A stretch of 64,000 nucleotides of DNA from Isurus oxyrinchus (lineage: Eukaryota), in NCBI GenBank assembly GCA_026770705.1, contig JANJGN010000034.1:5022001-5086000 (forward strand), given 5' to 3'. How positions within the stretch are numbered: the stretch's first letter is position 1; each line of letters begins with the position of its first letter. A program made the translations under genes and the position numbers. This document shows, piece by piece, positions 23,740 to 36,419 of the stretch. Below the pieces are notes generated by a model. It ran no database searches. It was not told where the DNA came from and was given only the letters and a program-made list of their open reading frames with translations.

Positions 23740-24900
23740 ACAGGCACAACTTCTGCTACCTCAGGATGATAAAAGCTAGCTGATGAAGACGGCTGAGGCT
23801 TTATTGGCAGCTGCCTTGTCCTTGTCCGAACTACTTTTTGACAAATTGTGTTCAACGGCAATGGGGGTCGCCCGATGCATATCGACATGATGGAGGCATT
23901 GGCGCTCAAATCTGTTGCTAAAAGGTCAATTCAAGCAAGATCTGGGAAGCTGACTGTGATAAGCCAGCAGGAAGTACAGTGCTGCATCAAAGTCTTTAGT
24001 GATGCAATGTTACCAAGTGCCAGGAATTACGTAGCTGTCACTACCTATGTGCAATGTCAGATGTAGAGAGCTGCGGCTCGCCAGAAATTACATGTTTCCC
24101 CAAGATGCACGGAGATATTGATTTCATCCAAATTGTCATCAAGTTTCCTATGGGGCAACCCTGCATATTCATCCAGAGACAGGGTATCTACACAGACAAT
24201 GTTCAGCTTATGTGTGACCACAAACAGCGTGCTAAGCAGCTATGCCATGCCAAGAGTCCGGGAAGCAGCCATGATGCACAGATCTTTAGGAATTCAAAAT
24301 ACCTGATCATCTCACTGGGATCGAAAAATAGGGGGCTATTTCCTAGGAAATAAGTTTTACCCTTTGAGGAGATGGCTCATGTCGCCCAAGGCCATAAGAC
24401 TTAGGGCCAGAAGTGGGCCATTCGGCCCATCAAGTCTGCTCTCATATTCAATGAGATCATGGCTAACCTGATAATCCTCAACTCAACTTTTTTGCCATTT
24501 ACTCAATACCTTGGATTCCCGACTTAATAATAACGTCATAGGCCGTGGAAGCAGAATAGGCCATTTGGCACATCCATTTAGCTCCGTCATTCAATGAGAG
24601 GGCCTCAAGAACTTCGGGAGAAGGACACACTAATTATAGTATCTGCAGCACCAGCGCCATTTTGGGCCAGACCATTGAGCTTCTGAAATAAGTTTCATAT
24701 GCCTCGACAGGTCAGGAGGTGCTTTCCAGCACTAAATCTCGCGTGACTTCCTGATGTTTATTGTCTCCTGCATCCTCCATAACTAAGCTGTACAAAGAGG
24801 AAACACTTTGGAGTCTGGAGCCAAGTCAGAACAGAAGCAGTCATGTCAGCGCAAAGGAGCGTGTGAGGCATGGAATAGCGCAATGCCGCAATAAATGTCC
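23740..24900 (+). pseudogene. HARBI1-like (DDE_Tnp_4) Harbinger transposase pseudogene (element 2)
   Basis: FPKMHGDIDFIQIVIK...NVQLMCDH...PGSSHDAQIFRNS (ORF 24054-24353), then QTIELLK...CLDRSGGAFQH near 24665-24732; contains frameshifts and stops. Confidence 0.85.
24393..24600 (-). mobile_element. Two adjacent CR1 3'-tail insertions interrupting the transposase
   Basis: cataagac...ggccattcggcccatcaagtctgctc...attcaatgagatcatggct, then a second cataggcc...ggccatttggc...attcaatgag. Confidence 0.75.
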
Positions 24901-25289
24901 CTCGCCATGAGCTGAGAGATGGCTCCAAGTCTAGGGATTCATTAATACAGCAGCGGTTTTGTAGAGCAGTGTCAAACACCATCACATAGGTGAGAATAAA
25001 GAGCCCCCGCCCCCAACCCCACCTGACCATTATAATGAAGTCCAGAAGTCCACACAACCACCTTTAAACATGGTTCCGACAGGTATATACATTTTCTCAA
25101 CCCTCTATTAAATTTGGAAATCTTTCATTCACCCACAGTTACGAAACATACTTCTCTCAGCTATGAAAGAAAAACACAAGTGAGGCAAAATGACATTACA
25201 GTTTAATGAGTGAGATTAAAAAAAATATATAAACATTGACAATAGAGTTCTCATTCTGTGCTCCTCTTTGTGAGTAATGTGATTAATTG

Positions 25290-27525
25290 CAGAAATGTTT
25301 AGGTGTTGCCTGGTGCTTTGCTTCCCCCCTCACTTGCGGATACAAAGGAGAGATGCACCCCTTCTGTCACACCCCTTGTTCATGGATGATCTTGACAGTT
25401 GCCGTCTACATGGCATAGGCCATAAGGTGCAGTCCACTTCAGTAGACTATTTCACAAATGCATGTGGGTCATTAGTCGCTGTGGCACCGGCCGACACCTG
25501 TGTGAACGTCTACTGGACTGAGGATACGCTGCTCCCCTCACACGTGCACGGAAAGGAACTTACAGTTTGATGTTTCACCTGCTCATCCCACGCTGATCAG
25601 ACCAGTTGGTCCTCACCTGCCTCAAGGTGAGTTTCCAAGATCTGCTAGGGGCCTTAATTCCCAGATTAGTTTTTGTCCTGGGCCTGAGCCCAGGAGCTCA
25701 GAGCCAGAGCAATGAATTGCAGGTCAGAGAACAACCTCACAATCCAAGCTGCAATGACCGCAGGCTTTCTCTCCAGGATAGTCGTCAACCTATCCATGTT
25801 GCAGCCTTGGCACCCTGAAGAATGTATCATCACTGCACATTCCCTGCATGGAAAACTCCATAGCCCGTGCCAAAGCATGCAACCACTCTGGAATATCAGC
25901 AATATCTCCGAAGACCTTACATTGGATATCCAGTTTCTGCCGCCTTACAGAGGACACCAGAAGATCACAATCCGACTCTGATTCGGATTGTATATCACTT
26001 AATCCGATTGCCCAAGGATTGTTTGCCCACAATCTCCCAGGAACAAACTTGCCACTGTGAAGTGCCATTATCAGTGCAATTATTAGCCACACCCGACACC
26101 CTGATCCATGCCGAAGTGCCAGGGTCTGCTCTTAACTTGGATACCAAGAAAATATGTGATGGTGCAAACTCCTAGAGTTGATCCTCAGAGGAGGATGGAG
26201 GTTCCTGAATATTTTCTGATGGTGGCAGCGCTGAAGGGGATACTTCTGCTGGCAGCATATGTAAATCAGGTGGTGGTGGGGGCGGGGGGCAGGAGGTTGG
26301 GGGGTGCATGTTCAGTAGGGTAGGGGGCATCGGTTCGAATACCACTAAATGCACCCGTCAAAATATTAACCAAGGAGCATTTGCATCCTTTCGTGCATTA
26401 TTTAATTCCTTGGGAGCTATGATACCAAGAAGGATGACTTGTACCATGTGATGACGCTTTCTAAGCCTCGTGAGAGTGCAGAGACCGTGCAGTTTGTCAA
26501 AACACCTTACAATCACACTGAGCATTTTATCCTATCGACCAGTACGATGCCTCAGCCTTCTCAGCAGGACAATACTCCTCTGCAATCTCGCAAATGCCTA
26601 TAATCCTTAACTCTGGAAGTCTCTGAAGGACATATACTCTTGAAGTGAGTTGAGGATGTCAAGCCTGGCGACTTCTGTACCAGTGTGTGAGCGTCCGCTT
26701 TTATTATTTACTCACTTCTCCTGAAAACATTGCAAATAGAGCTAGCGCTAAAAGTCTAAAATGCTCAAGTGCCTCAGCAATATTATGACGGCTCTGTCCT
26801 GCTGTCAATTGCTTGAAAGCTGTTCTGGCAAACAAACATCATCCGAAATAAAATAAGTTAATTACACCCATAAAATGTTGGAAGATGTCATCAGGAATGG
26901 CACCATATGTAGAGATAGCAGCTGAGTGAAACATTCCATCATGCATGACTGCTGTTTAGGGCTCGGAGAAATTTATCATCACTGAAAAAATATCCCCATA
27001 TTTCTATCCTAACACATGAAAACAGGCCTATTGAAATCCACCATCATTCTATGCATTTATCTTTGCATCCTGCTTAGCTTATCTGGGTTGCCTGTCTTTT
27101 AACTGGTTCTAATGATACATTGCATGTTTAATCAAAGCTGTTCACGTCTACAAAAATGCAACTGTGGATCAACTGGATGCCTGGTACAACTGCTGTAGTT
27201 TTCTCTTTTTACCCGTGCCAAACACTGGAAACAAATGTCCATAATGATGTCATGCTGTCCTTTGCCGGCTGCATGATCTCTAGAGTCTTTTCTGGCACTG
27301 ACTCCAGTTCGGATTAACCATGCCAGCAATAGCCGCATGCTTGGAAAGCTTCTCCCACTCAACTCCTGTTTGACTTCGGTTCTTCCGCTTGCCACTAGTT
27401 GGGATGAGGCAAACAGCTGCAGCCTCCACTGCATGGAGGACTGCCCTGATCCTTTATGTAACTGAGGGCAGCTTGGAATCTTCTGGAGCAGCACTCATCG
27501 TTTTTTCCCGATGGGGCAAGCATCT
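25290..27525 (-). pseudogene. Harbinger Myb/SANT-like accessory gene remnant (element 2), convergent with the transposase
   Basis: About 27280-27445 reads VLHAVEAAAVCLIPTSGKRKNRSQTGVEWEKLSK...NWSQCQKRL*; minus-strand acceptor ttatctttccattcag at 27526; C-terminal helix VRRQKLDIQCKVFGDIADIPEWLHALARAMEFS. Confidence 0.7.
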
Positions 27526-28464
27526 CTGAATGGAAAGATAAAAATAAGTGAACAGATCATCAATGTCGGCTGCTGGTAGATTTTCTGAAATATTCATTTA
27601 TGGAATATTATAATTGCCCGAACGGACATGAACAATCATTATCATGAACGTATATTCATACAGCACATTGCGTGATAATAGTCCAGGGTCCACTCTTTTT
27701 TCCATATCAGAATTCCGTTAGAGCTCAACAGACACTGCAAGTTAACTGACAGCCCATTAAAATCAGACTTGATATGGCTGTGCGTCATGGAGGAGTTTGA
27801 GGGCCTAACGGCAGCATTCTGAACCTCCTTGGAAGAGAGTACTATCTGTCAACCGCCTTTGCCGCCAATTGGAGGCAATTAGTGCATTACAGCGAGCTCA
27901 CCCGGCGAATCTGGAAATCGAATGCCACCAACTTTCTGGTATCGTACATGATTGGTGGGGCAGCATAAAATCCCACACCTGGATGTGAGGTGATCCTTCC
28001 AACTCAACAGTGGGATATGACAGCAGACATCAACAGTCACCAAAGGTTGGAGCCATGTTCAGTTCCGACCTGGTTGCATGAAATGGAAATGTGGTGACCA
28101 ACTGTGAATTTTAGCAATTTTGGGAAAATTGGGATTTATTTTAACTGAAGCACTGTTTTAATAAATAATTAATTTATTCGTCCTTGAGCCTGAGATTAGG
28201 CAATTCAATTTTGCAAGAGTAAGGAGCAGACACCATCAAATTGGACAGTTCGTGGAGACTTTGCCCGCTCTTAATTCCGTTGCTGAAAGGAAACTGAATG
28301 TCAGTGTGTTTAAGAGCCAGTGCCCCTTTTATGCGCCCAGCAAAGGCGTATTTATGTTCATTCGATTTTCTGCAATATTACAATATGCTTCCTGGTATTT
28401 TGGTCCGATAGCTTGTTTGCTGTCATTTATTTGAGTTTCATCATCATTCCATTTAAATTTGCAG

Positions 28465-28491
28465 GCGATGACTACAAAGCATTAAAAGCAG
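28465..28491 (+). CDS. Microexon E7 (27 nt); (R)DDYKALKA
   Basis: atttaaatttgcag|GCGATGACTACAAAGCATTAAAAGCAG|gtgatg; continues the heptad from E6 into E8. Confidence 0.75.
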
Positions 28492-29686
28492 GTGATGCAG
28501 CTCTCTGTCTTCATTTATCCTATTCTGTGTTGGAAAAGAGAATTATCATTTAACTTTCAACTCACAATTTAATTTCCAACATTGAGAGGGTGACGCGTAA
28601 GTTTGTTGCTGCAAATTGATTTCCAGTCAGACTTGTAAGCACATCAACAGTAATAACAGGGAGAATAATCTCAGGAAATTAGGTTGATGATATGGAATTT
28701 TACACCTGCAGATTTTTCCTTCTGCCCTCTCAGTTCTTTAGTCAATGCTCCTTCAATACTGAATATCACTGGATGAAGGATACAGCATAACAATGGTACA
28801 AAAATCACTCTAGCTGTGCAAATTGTATTCCATCATCGAGGTTCGGAGGGTGGCATCATTACTTTCGGAGCTGACCGAAGCCTGAATGCCATATCTTCCA
28901 AACAGAGCATGACCTGGAATAAGAGTTAAAATTTCCAGCCCGTATGACACTTTTCCAGAATCGTAACTTATACTCTCTCTCTCTCCAATGATGCTCTTAG
29001 GACAACTGATTACCCCCCCCCCCCCCCCCACCCCCAACTAACCCGCGCACCCCCGGCACCCTCCCCCCAACCCCGTGTCTTCTGTTTTTATTTAAGATTT
29101 CCAGCATCCCCAATATTTACCTTTCATGCCTTGGAATTGCTTTTCCTTACATTTTATGCTGCTGAAGCTAATTCTTTCCACCCCCTGATGCACAATAACT
29201 ACGACTGTTGCTGAATACGTCCGTTTCAACTTAAGTGCTTCAGCTGTAATTATGGTTGAGCAGTTTTTTCTTTGCCATCCCCTTTGACGCTCGCATTCCA
29301 GGAAGAGATTTGGAAAAGATGAACCCGCTTGCAATCCTTCTTGTGTAAATGTGGAATTCCGCAAGTTCCTACGTGATTATTATTGTTGACACCTCTCCAC
29401 CACTCGAATTAATGGTCTTTGCATTTGCGTACACTGAAAGATATATTTTGGCAGTTCGCAGCAACTCCCATTTCATATTAATTATCGGGAATTCTCAAGG
29501 ACAAAGTTTGATAGCCTCAGCCTCTAAATTCCACATGTGCCCTCAAGACACACACTGTGCCAAATAACGGAGCTACAGTTTGACCAAGTTGTAGTTTAAA
29601 TATTCGCATTCATAATAACTCATGAAATACACATGTTTCCATTGCGGAATAAAGCAAAGTATGCAAATTTTTTTTTTTTTTTACAG

Positions 29687-29722
29687 AATTGGACACTTGT
29701 AGGTCCCACTTAGAGGAAAAAG
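29687..29722 (+). CDS. Exon E8 (36 nt); (E)LDTCRSHLEEK
   Basis: poly-T-acag|AATTGGACAC...GGAAAAAG|gtaata. Confidence 0.8.
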
Positions 29723-30664
29723 GTAATAGCAAAATCAATCAACATTATTTGGCCCTATTTGTACTGCTGATATTGGAACAATGTACGATGCTTTGATTTG
29801 CCTTTGGACTATCGAGAAGGATGGTAAATTGGGCCTGCTCTGCAATCAATAAAATGTGAAAAATCTGTAGACGTAAATACTGTGCAGACGACTGAAACTC
29901 TCTGGTTCGTTCATTTGGCCTTATCGCTCTGCCAAAAATTCAACGTGTAATCAAAATAAAAGCTTGTAAAACTTAAAAGAGCCCGAACCTGGGCCTGTAT
30001 CTATAGACTGCACATGATATGGCATAAATTAACCTTCATTTTCAAAAAGTTGCAGCTCATAGCGTTTACATTTATTCCATAACTTATGTTCCATTTGTCC
30101 CTCTGTAATAGCACGTGTTGTTTCGTTTCAAGAATGTGCTCTTCGTTAGCTCTTCAGAAAATGTTGATGCTTGCAATTGCAGATAAATTTCAACATTGTG
30201 CACTATTGCACACAAAAATATGTCCCTCCTAGATCAGCATTTCGTCATTGCATTCAATGTCAGCTTTAGAGTCTCGTGATGAATTCCGTGGAGGACCTGT
30301 GGCTCAGTTAGCAACAATGTAACTTCGGAAAATAATTCCCCTATTTCAGCTCTTATTCCAGTAGCCAAAGATGGCACTGAAAGTGCCTTCCAATGCTTGG
30401 ATTGTTTGACATAGCTGTCTGGTGGTCCTAGCAAATCAATTCGGTTTCAAAATAACAATTCGTATGTTCAAATTAATCGCTTGTTTTGCACTCTGCCTGA
30501 TCATCCAAAGGGCCTTGCAAAGGATGCCAAAAAACAGAAGCTAGAGTGAAATGGAAAACAATGTAAAACCGCTGATTTTTGCTGGTGATCATAACATTCC
30601 CTCAACGTGAATTTTCCTAAACTTTCGTTGTATTAATTATTGTTACTTCTTTTCATTTTAACAG

Positions 30665-30691
30665 AGAGACTGCTGAAAAATATGGGAAAAG
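30665..30691 (+). CDS. Microexon E9 (27 nt); (E)RLLKNMGK
   Basis: ttcttttcattttaacag|AGAGACTG...GGGAAAAG|gtagtg; good acceptor, moderate donor. Confidence 0.65.
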
Positions 30692-30799
30692 GTAGTGTAG
30701 AAAATTCTATCCCTTACAGGGCTAAAAAGCAAAAATAATTAAAGGATGTTTTTTCTATTCAGATGAATGTTGTTTTCGTGTTCATAGTTATTTTTCACC

Positions 30800-31600
30800 A
30801 TCACATGAGCGAGTCAGTTGGCTCTCTCTTGCTGCCTCTAGCTTCTATAATGGCTCCGTCACAGCACCTCTCCATGTTCAAACGCATTTTCATCGACTAC
30901 TTCTTGATCTACTTCTTCTTCTTGCTTCTATTCTTCTCTTTCCACATTTACCCTAAATCGCCCTCCAGTTGTTGACAGAATGAACCTTCCCATGTTGCGT
31001 CATAATGCCTGTACTGAGTTCTCTCCGTCTTTATAACTTTACTCAGCAGCCTTAATATACCTGACCTTTACCCCAGATAATACCGATTCGTTTGCATTCA
31101 TGTGGATCCAGCTGATCGTGAACATCATAAGGCATACCCAAATTCCCTCTCATCATCTTTCTTTTGAGCCCAAGGCTTCACCCATATAGTGCAACACTTC
31201 CCAGTAATAACTCCTCCAGTTATGTTATATTTTCAACGTAGTGCTTACAATTTGGACTTCCGAATCCTGCCTTAGTCACTGGTAATGTTTTCCTTTTCCT
31301 TCAGTAGCTATTCTAACAATGTTTTCTTGTTTTCATGTAGCTCCAGTTTTTTTTCTTCGAGCCAAGCTGTTTGACTTATTTCCACTGTCTCGACCTCGTT
31401 GCTTTCGTTCTTGACAGCCCCGTTTCTAATTTGAACGTTTGTGTTGATGTTTCCTTCAGTTATCTACAATCCAAAATTCTCAATGTGACTTACGGGCTAG
31501 ATTTCCATCCATCCATAGCTTTCCCTTCGCTCTGGCTATGCATGCAGTGTCGTCTACGTGCCTGAGATTAGATATGCCACCTCATCCTATGATGCAGCTA
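30800..31600 (+). mobile_element. Highly degenerate L2 LINE RT fragment
   Basis: Pyrimidine-rich; VTYGLDF near 31486 resembles L2 VTSRLDY. Confidence 0.45.
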
Positions 31601-31859
31601 CAACTGACAGCATGATCTTACCTTATCAATTTTCTTATAGATTAAAACAAATTTGCGACCGCTAACCGGCATGCATTAGACAAATACCAAAATTGATATG
31701 TTTGTATGTAATTAGCATGTCTGAAAACTCATTAACTATGGTTGCACAGCCTCTGCCTGATCCATGAAATGTATTTTGGCACGTTAACTTCTATACGTGT
31801 CTTCCACAGAAAAATCTTTACCAGTTAATTGCATAGATAATTGCAACTTTCGTATTCAA

Positions 31860-32560
31860 AGAATCACAGAATCACAGAGTGCTGAAGAGGCCATTTGGAA
31901 TATCAGGTCCACACTGACACGTGAGAAAGCCTAACCTAACTAATTAATCCTACTTACCAACTCTTGGCCCATTGCCTTGAATGTTACGTTGTGCCAAAAG
32001 CACATCCAGTTTCTTTTTAAATGTTGTGAGGCAAACTCCCTCCACCACCCTCCAAAACAGTGTATTCCAGGCCGTCAGAACCATCTGGCTGAAAAGGTTT
32101 ATCTTCACAAACCCCTTGAAACTGCTGGTGCTCACCTTGAAATTAGTCCCAGCATGACTGACCATTCAAATCTCGAAAATAACTGCTCCCTAACCACTCG
32201 GTCGATCCTCCTCATAAACTTGTGTACCTCGATCTGGTCGCCCCACAGTCCTCTCTGCTACAAAACGAAAACAACCGAAGTCTATCCAGCCTATCTGCAT
32301 AGCTAAAATGTTTCATCCCAGGCAACATCCTGGAAAATCGCCTCTGCGCCCTCTCCAAAGCAAATTTCATCATTCCTATAATGTGGCGGCCAGATCTGCA
32401 CACAGTATTCCAGTTGCTGCCTCATCAACATTCTATACATCTCCAACATGACCTTCCTACTTTTGAAATCTATGCATAGATTGATAATGGGAAGTCTTCC
32501 ATAGGCCTCCTTCACCACCCCACTGAAATGCCCCTCCACCTTAAGAGATCTAAAGACATA
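31860..32560 (-). mobile_element. CR1 LINE 3' end
   Basis: KSRKVMLEMYRMLMRQQLEYCVQIWPPHYRND and LERAQRRFSRMLPGM; tail gaatcacagaatcacag. Confidence 0.9.
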
Positions 32561-33521
32561 TCGATCATTCATCAATTTATGTTTCTCATTCATGTGCGGT
32601 CCGTTCAATTGAAATATGGCTTAACATATGAGCAAGCAGGGAATTTCAGAATTGATGCATATTGCAAACTTAAAAAATCTTTTTGAAGATGGGCGTTTAT
32701 TTTCTTGTTTCAATTTTCAAATTGAAGAGAGATTGTGGGCTTTTACCAAGTTATTTGGATGTGGCAAGGTTAATTTCGCATTGAAGTTTAGATGAACGTT
32801 TTGGCTGTTTAATTCTGATCGTTATTCATAGAATCCGCTGAAATGCGAAAAAAAATAATTCAATCGGAAGCGAGGGACATCTTCAAGAGTCCTTATGCTC
32901 TTTTTTTTGAGTAATTTTTGCGTAATGACTTAACGTTTAACTTCATTGTTTCAGCCTAGCCAATCGCACAGGTCATTCAGAACCTATAATTACGAGGTTG
33001 CAAATAACACTCTTTTGCGATTGTGCACAATGTATTAGTCTCATATGTACGATTTTTTTTTCCAAATATAACAACAATGTATTCAATAAAAATCTTAGTC
33101 CAGTACTACATTTTAACTCGTAAATGTTCCAGCAGATTTTTAAAATTAATTTTAAGTTAGTAACACAAGGAGATTTATAAATTAAATACTGAAGTCTCTC
33201 ACTTTTGCAGTTTAAAGCATATGTTCTATATATTTAAATTCTACTCCCAACTATTTCATTTCAATGGAAGTGTAACAGAAATTAAGTCCTTTTCATTCCC
33301 CACTGATTGTGGCTTTTCATTTAATGGTTATGCTCATAATTGTGCAAATGAAAGTTGTCGAACTATGCAGACCAAACCAAACCCGCGTTGTTTAAAGCGT
33401 TATTTTGGGTCAAATATCGCAATTGTGCACCATAGTGACACAACATTGATCAATTTTTATTTTTGTGTCATACATCTGCGGCAATTGATTTTATTAATTG
33501 TATCGCCTAATTATATTACAG

Positions 33522-33551
33522 AGACTGGTGAAAAAAGTAATTGTGAAGTTA
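33522..33551 (+). CDS. Exon E10 (30 nt); (E)TGEKSNCEV
   Basis: cctaattatattacag|AGACTGG...GAAGTTA|gtaagt; an in-frame alternative donor follows 33536 (15-nt form). Confidence 0.55.
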
Positions 33552-33759
33552 GTAAGTATTTAACTGAAGTACTATTATTTGATGGGATAGAAGCTGAACT
33601 CTCGGTGGTAGCACTGAGTAGTTGTACTAACGTCGGCTACCAAGTGCACGCTAGATTTTCATGCTGGACAGGAAGGAATGGATTATTTTTGACTTGCTTT
33701 ACTATATTAAGGGAATGATATTTCCAATGGGTTTCTCAACAAACTAACCTTTTCTCGTC

Positions 33760-34810
33760 GATTCGCAATATAAATCATTTGCTCAGCATCAAAGTTTAGG
33801 AGAATATTTAAGGATACATAGGTGATATGGAATTTGGCCTTGAATTTGGTGATGAGGAATAAACCTGTTGGGAGCCAGGGCCTCTCGTAAGTCGTCTTCA
33901 GCTCTTGATATGCCTCAATGACCTCACCATTTATTCGAAATTGTTTGAAGGATACTGATAAAATTCAAGAGTGCAGAGTCAATCAGCTAGAAGGCGTTGA
34001 GAAATGCCAGATTGAACCGATTGCAGAAAGGTGTAAAATAAATTCATGTAAAAAAAGAGCTAATCGGTTTTAAACTAAAAATCTGATTGTGTTGTGGGAG
34101 CAAAGGCACAAAGGATTATGCTGCAAAGCTTTGAAGTCGGCAGTGCAGATAGATAGCGCGTTATAAACCTGTAGAGACCTGGGCATTAAACACACGGGTA
34201 CACGTTACCCAAGCAAGGAATTTGTAATTACCTTGGATAAAAGGCTGGCTCATCCGCAATGGGGAGGCTTTATCACGTATTGCACACTAAACCTTAGCAA
34301 CGGCGTGAAAATTTTCATAAGAATGATTCCAGTGATGGGAGACTTCAGCTATATGTCTTATATACGTTGGAGAAGCTGTGGCAGTTATCTAACGAGAACA
34401 AAAGATTAAGTAGCTGTTTTATGGCCGTGTTCAATATCACTATGAGTCTGCACAGAATAGTAAGGGAAAATGTTCCAATAACTGCAAGAATTCAGGACCA
34501 GTGAAAACACATTTAAAGCGAGTTGCCAAAAATACTTCAAGCATGAAGAGGATATATATTTCCACATTGCTTGCGAATGATTATAGTCTCGAATATATTG
34601 ACAGAGAGTGATGTGTGCGTTGATTTAATAGTACCATTCGCAGCAGAACTCGATTATTATAGAAAGACAAAGAGTGAGAGAGAGAGAGAGTAAATCGGGG
34701 TTAATGCGAAAAGGAAGGCTGGTGGGACTTACTGCGTTGGATTTGCAGAAAGACAGCAAGAACACAGAAGGCCGAAGTCCAAGCTTCTGCATGTAAACAC
34801 ACTGCTCTAT
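33760..34810 (+). mobile_element. Degenerate CR1 LINE 3' portion
   Basis: agaatgattccagtgatgggagacttcagctat encodes RMIPxMxDFSY; other CR1 3' motifs follow. Confidence 0.65.
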
Positions 34811-36419
34811 CATTAATGCAGAAAAGGGTTTGAAAGAATAATGCCAAATATAGTCTCATTGATACGGGTTGATAATAGTAGTATTAGCTGGGAAATCAAT
34901 GCACAATAATCTGTAGGCTTCTGAGAAGTAGAATAAAATATCGGGATATTGTCGTGTATCATCACAAGTCCTTGTACAGCAGAAAACAAGTTTGTGAAGG
35001 TATTTTATATGAATAAGTATTTGGATAGCACCTAGGGAATGGTGATCGAATTCTGCCTTGATGTCCTTATCATTTAAGAACAGGGCTTGCTTTGAGCAGC
35101 GTGCCTGAAGTTGACCTACAATTTCTAATGATGAAGAGCTCCTTATGCCTGGAAATCGATGAAAATTTACCATCCCACGAAGAGTCCGGCGGGTGCAGTG
35201 TTGGTCGTTTCCCGAGCCTTAAAATATTCAATTTAATTTACTTACTTTAGGCCTCATGGAAAGCTATGCAGCTCTCCGAAGGTTGGGTGAGAACCACATT
35301 GTTTTTTGTTAAATTTCATGTCTCACATTCAGCTCATTGATATATTGGTAAGATTTTGCATTTCTGTCCTTTTTCCTGCCTTACCTCACTTGTGCTTGGA
35401 CAAATCGAATCGAAACATTGCTTTATGCATTATGGAACCACGATACTTTACGTCAAATAGAATGCTTTCCACGAGAGTTAACGTGGAGTAGGAAAGCTCG
35501 TAACAATGGCTAGCTACAGAGATGGGAATTCTCAGTTTCAGCATATTTTCAAGTGGTCAAATTAAGATAACTATTTAATCTGATGCCAAAACAAATGTTG
35601 TGAATGAGAGAAAATGGCTAATGAAAGCAATGGTTTTTCCCCATGTCATTTATTTCAGAACTTTGTGACAAATTAATTGCACGTCAAGGACTGTGTATTA
35701 CTAATGAAATGCATAGGTTTGTGGATAAATAATTTTCAGCCGTATTAATCAAACTGCAGCACATCTCTGCAAGTTCGTTTTTCAAATAATGTTTTCAATG
35801 AAGAAAAAATAACTATTTGTTCACGACAAGTATCAATGGCGTTGCTTCAGGGAAAATGATGCGACTTAAAATTGGCATTTAGGTATTTGATAATATTGAG
35901 GCACGAGGTAACTTGGGCAATGAAAGATGACATGCCAGTTTAAGTTCAATTTGTCTACTCATCACCGAGAACGCAGAGAATTAGCAAGCAAACCAGTTGT
36001 GGCTGTATGGACAGCTGATTCTCCAAGAGACCATTTTCTAACAGAATTCGAGTGGCAAGGTGAAGTTGTGGAGAGGAAGTTGAGAAAATATGATATAGGC
36101 AATGCTTGGAATCATGCCCAAATGCACGAGAGGTGTTACAGACTGAAAAACAGGGTAAAATATAGAGAACAATGTTAGGGAAAGAAATGATGTGAAAACA
36201 CAGATGAGGGATGGCTTTTAATCGAAATGTTGCTGCATCTCAATGAATGTTGATAAGCGATCAATAAGCGAATATTGATAAGAATGAAGCTTTGCAAATG
36301 AGCAGGAGAATGGTAAACGAGCTCAAGTATGTGGCGCTTTCAGTGTATAAGGCTAAGATAATTACAGTATTGAGTAGGTGCAGAGGATGGAATATTTAAC
36401 TATTGTGTCCTTATTTTTA

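Noticed and set aside
33221-33718. Longest ORF (165 aa) as a gene
   Set aside because: AT-rich composition with no recognisable domain; only the internal ETGEKSNCEV segment is bounded by splice sites (E10).
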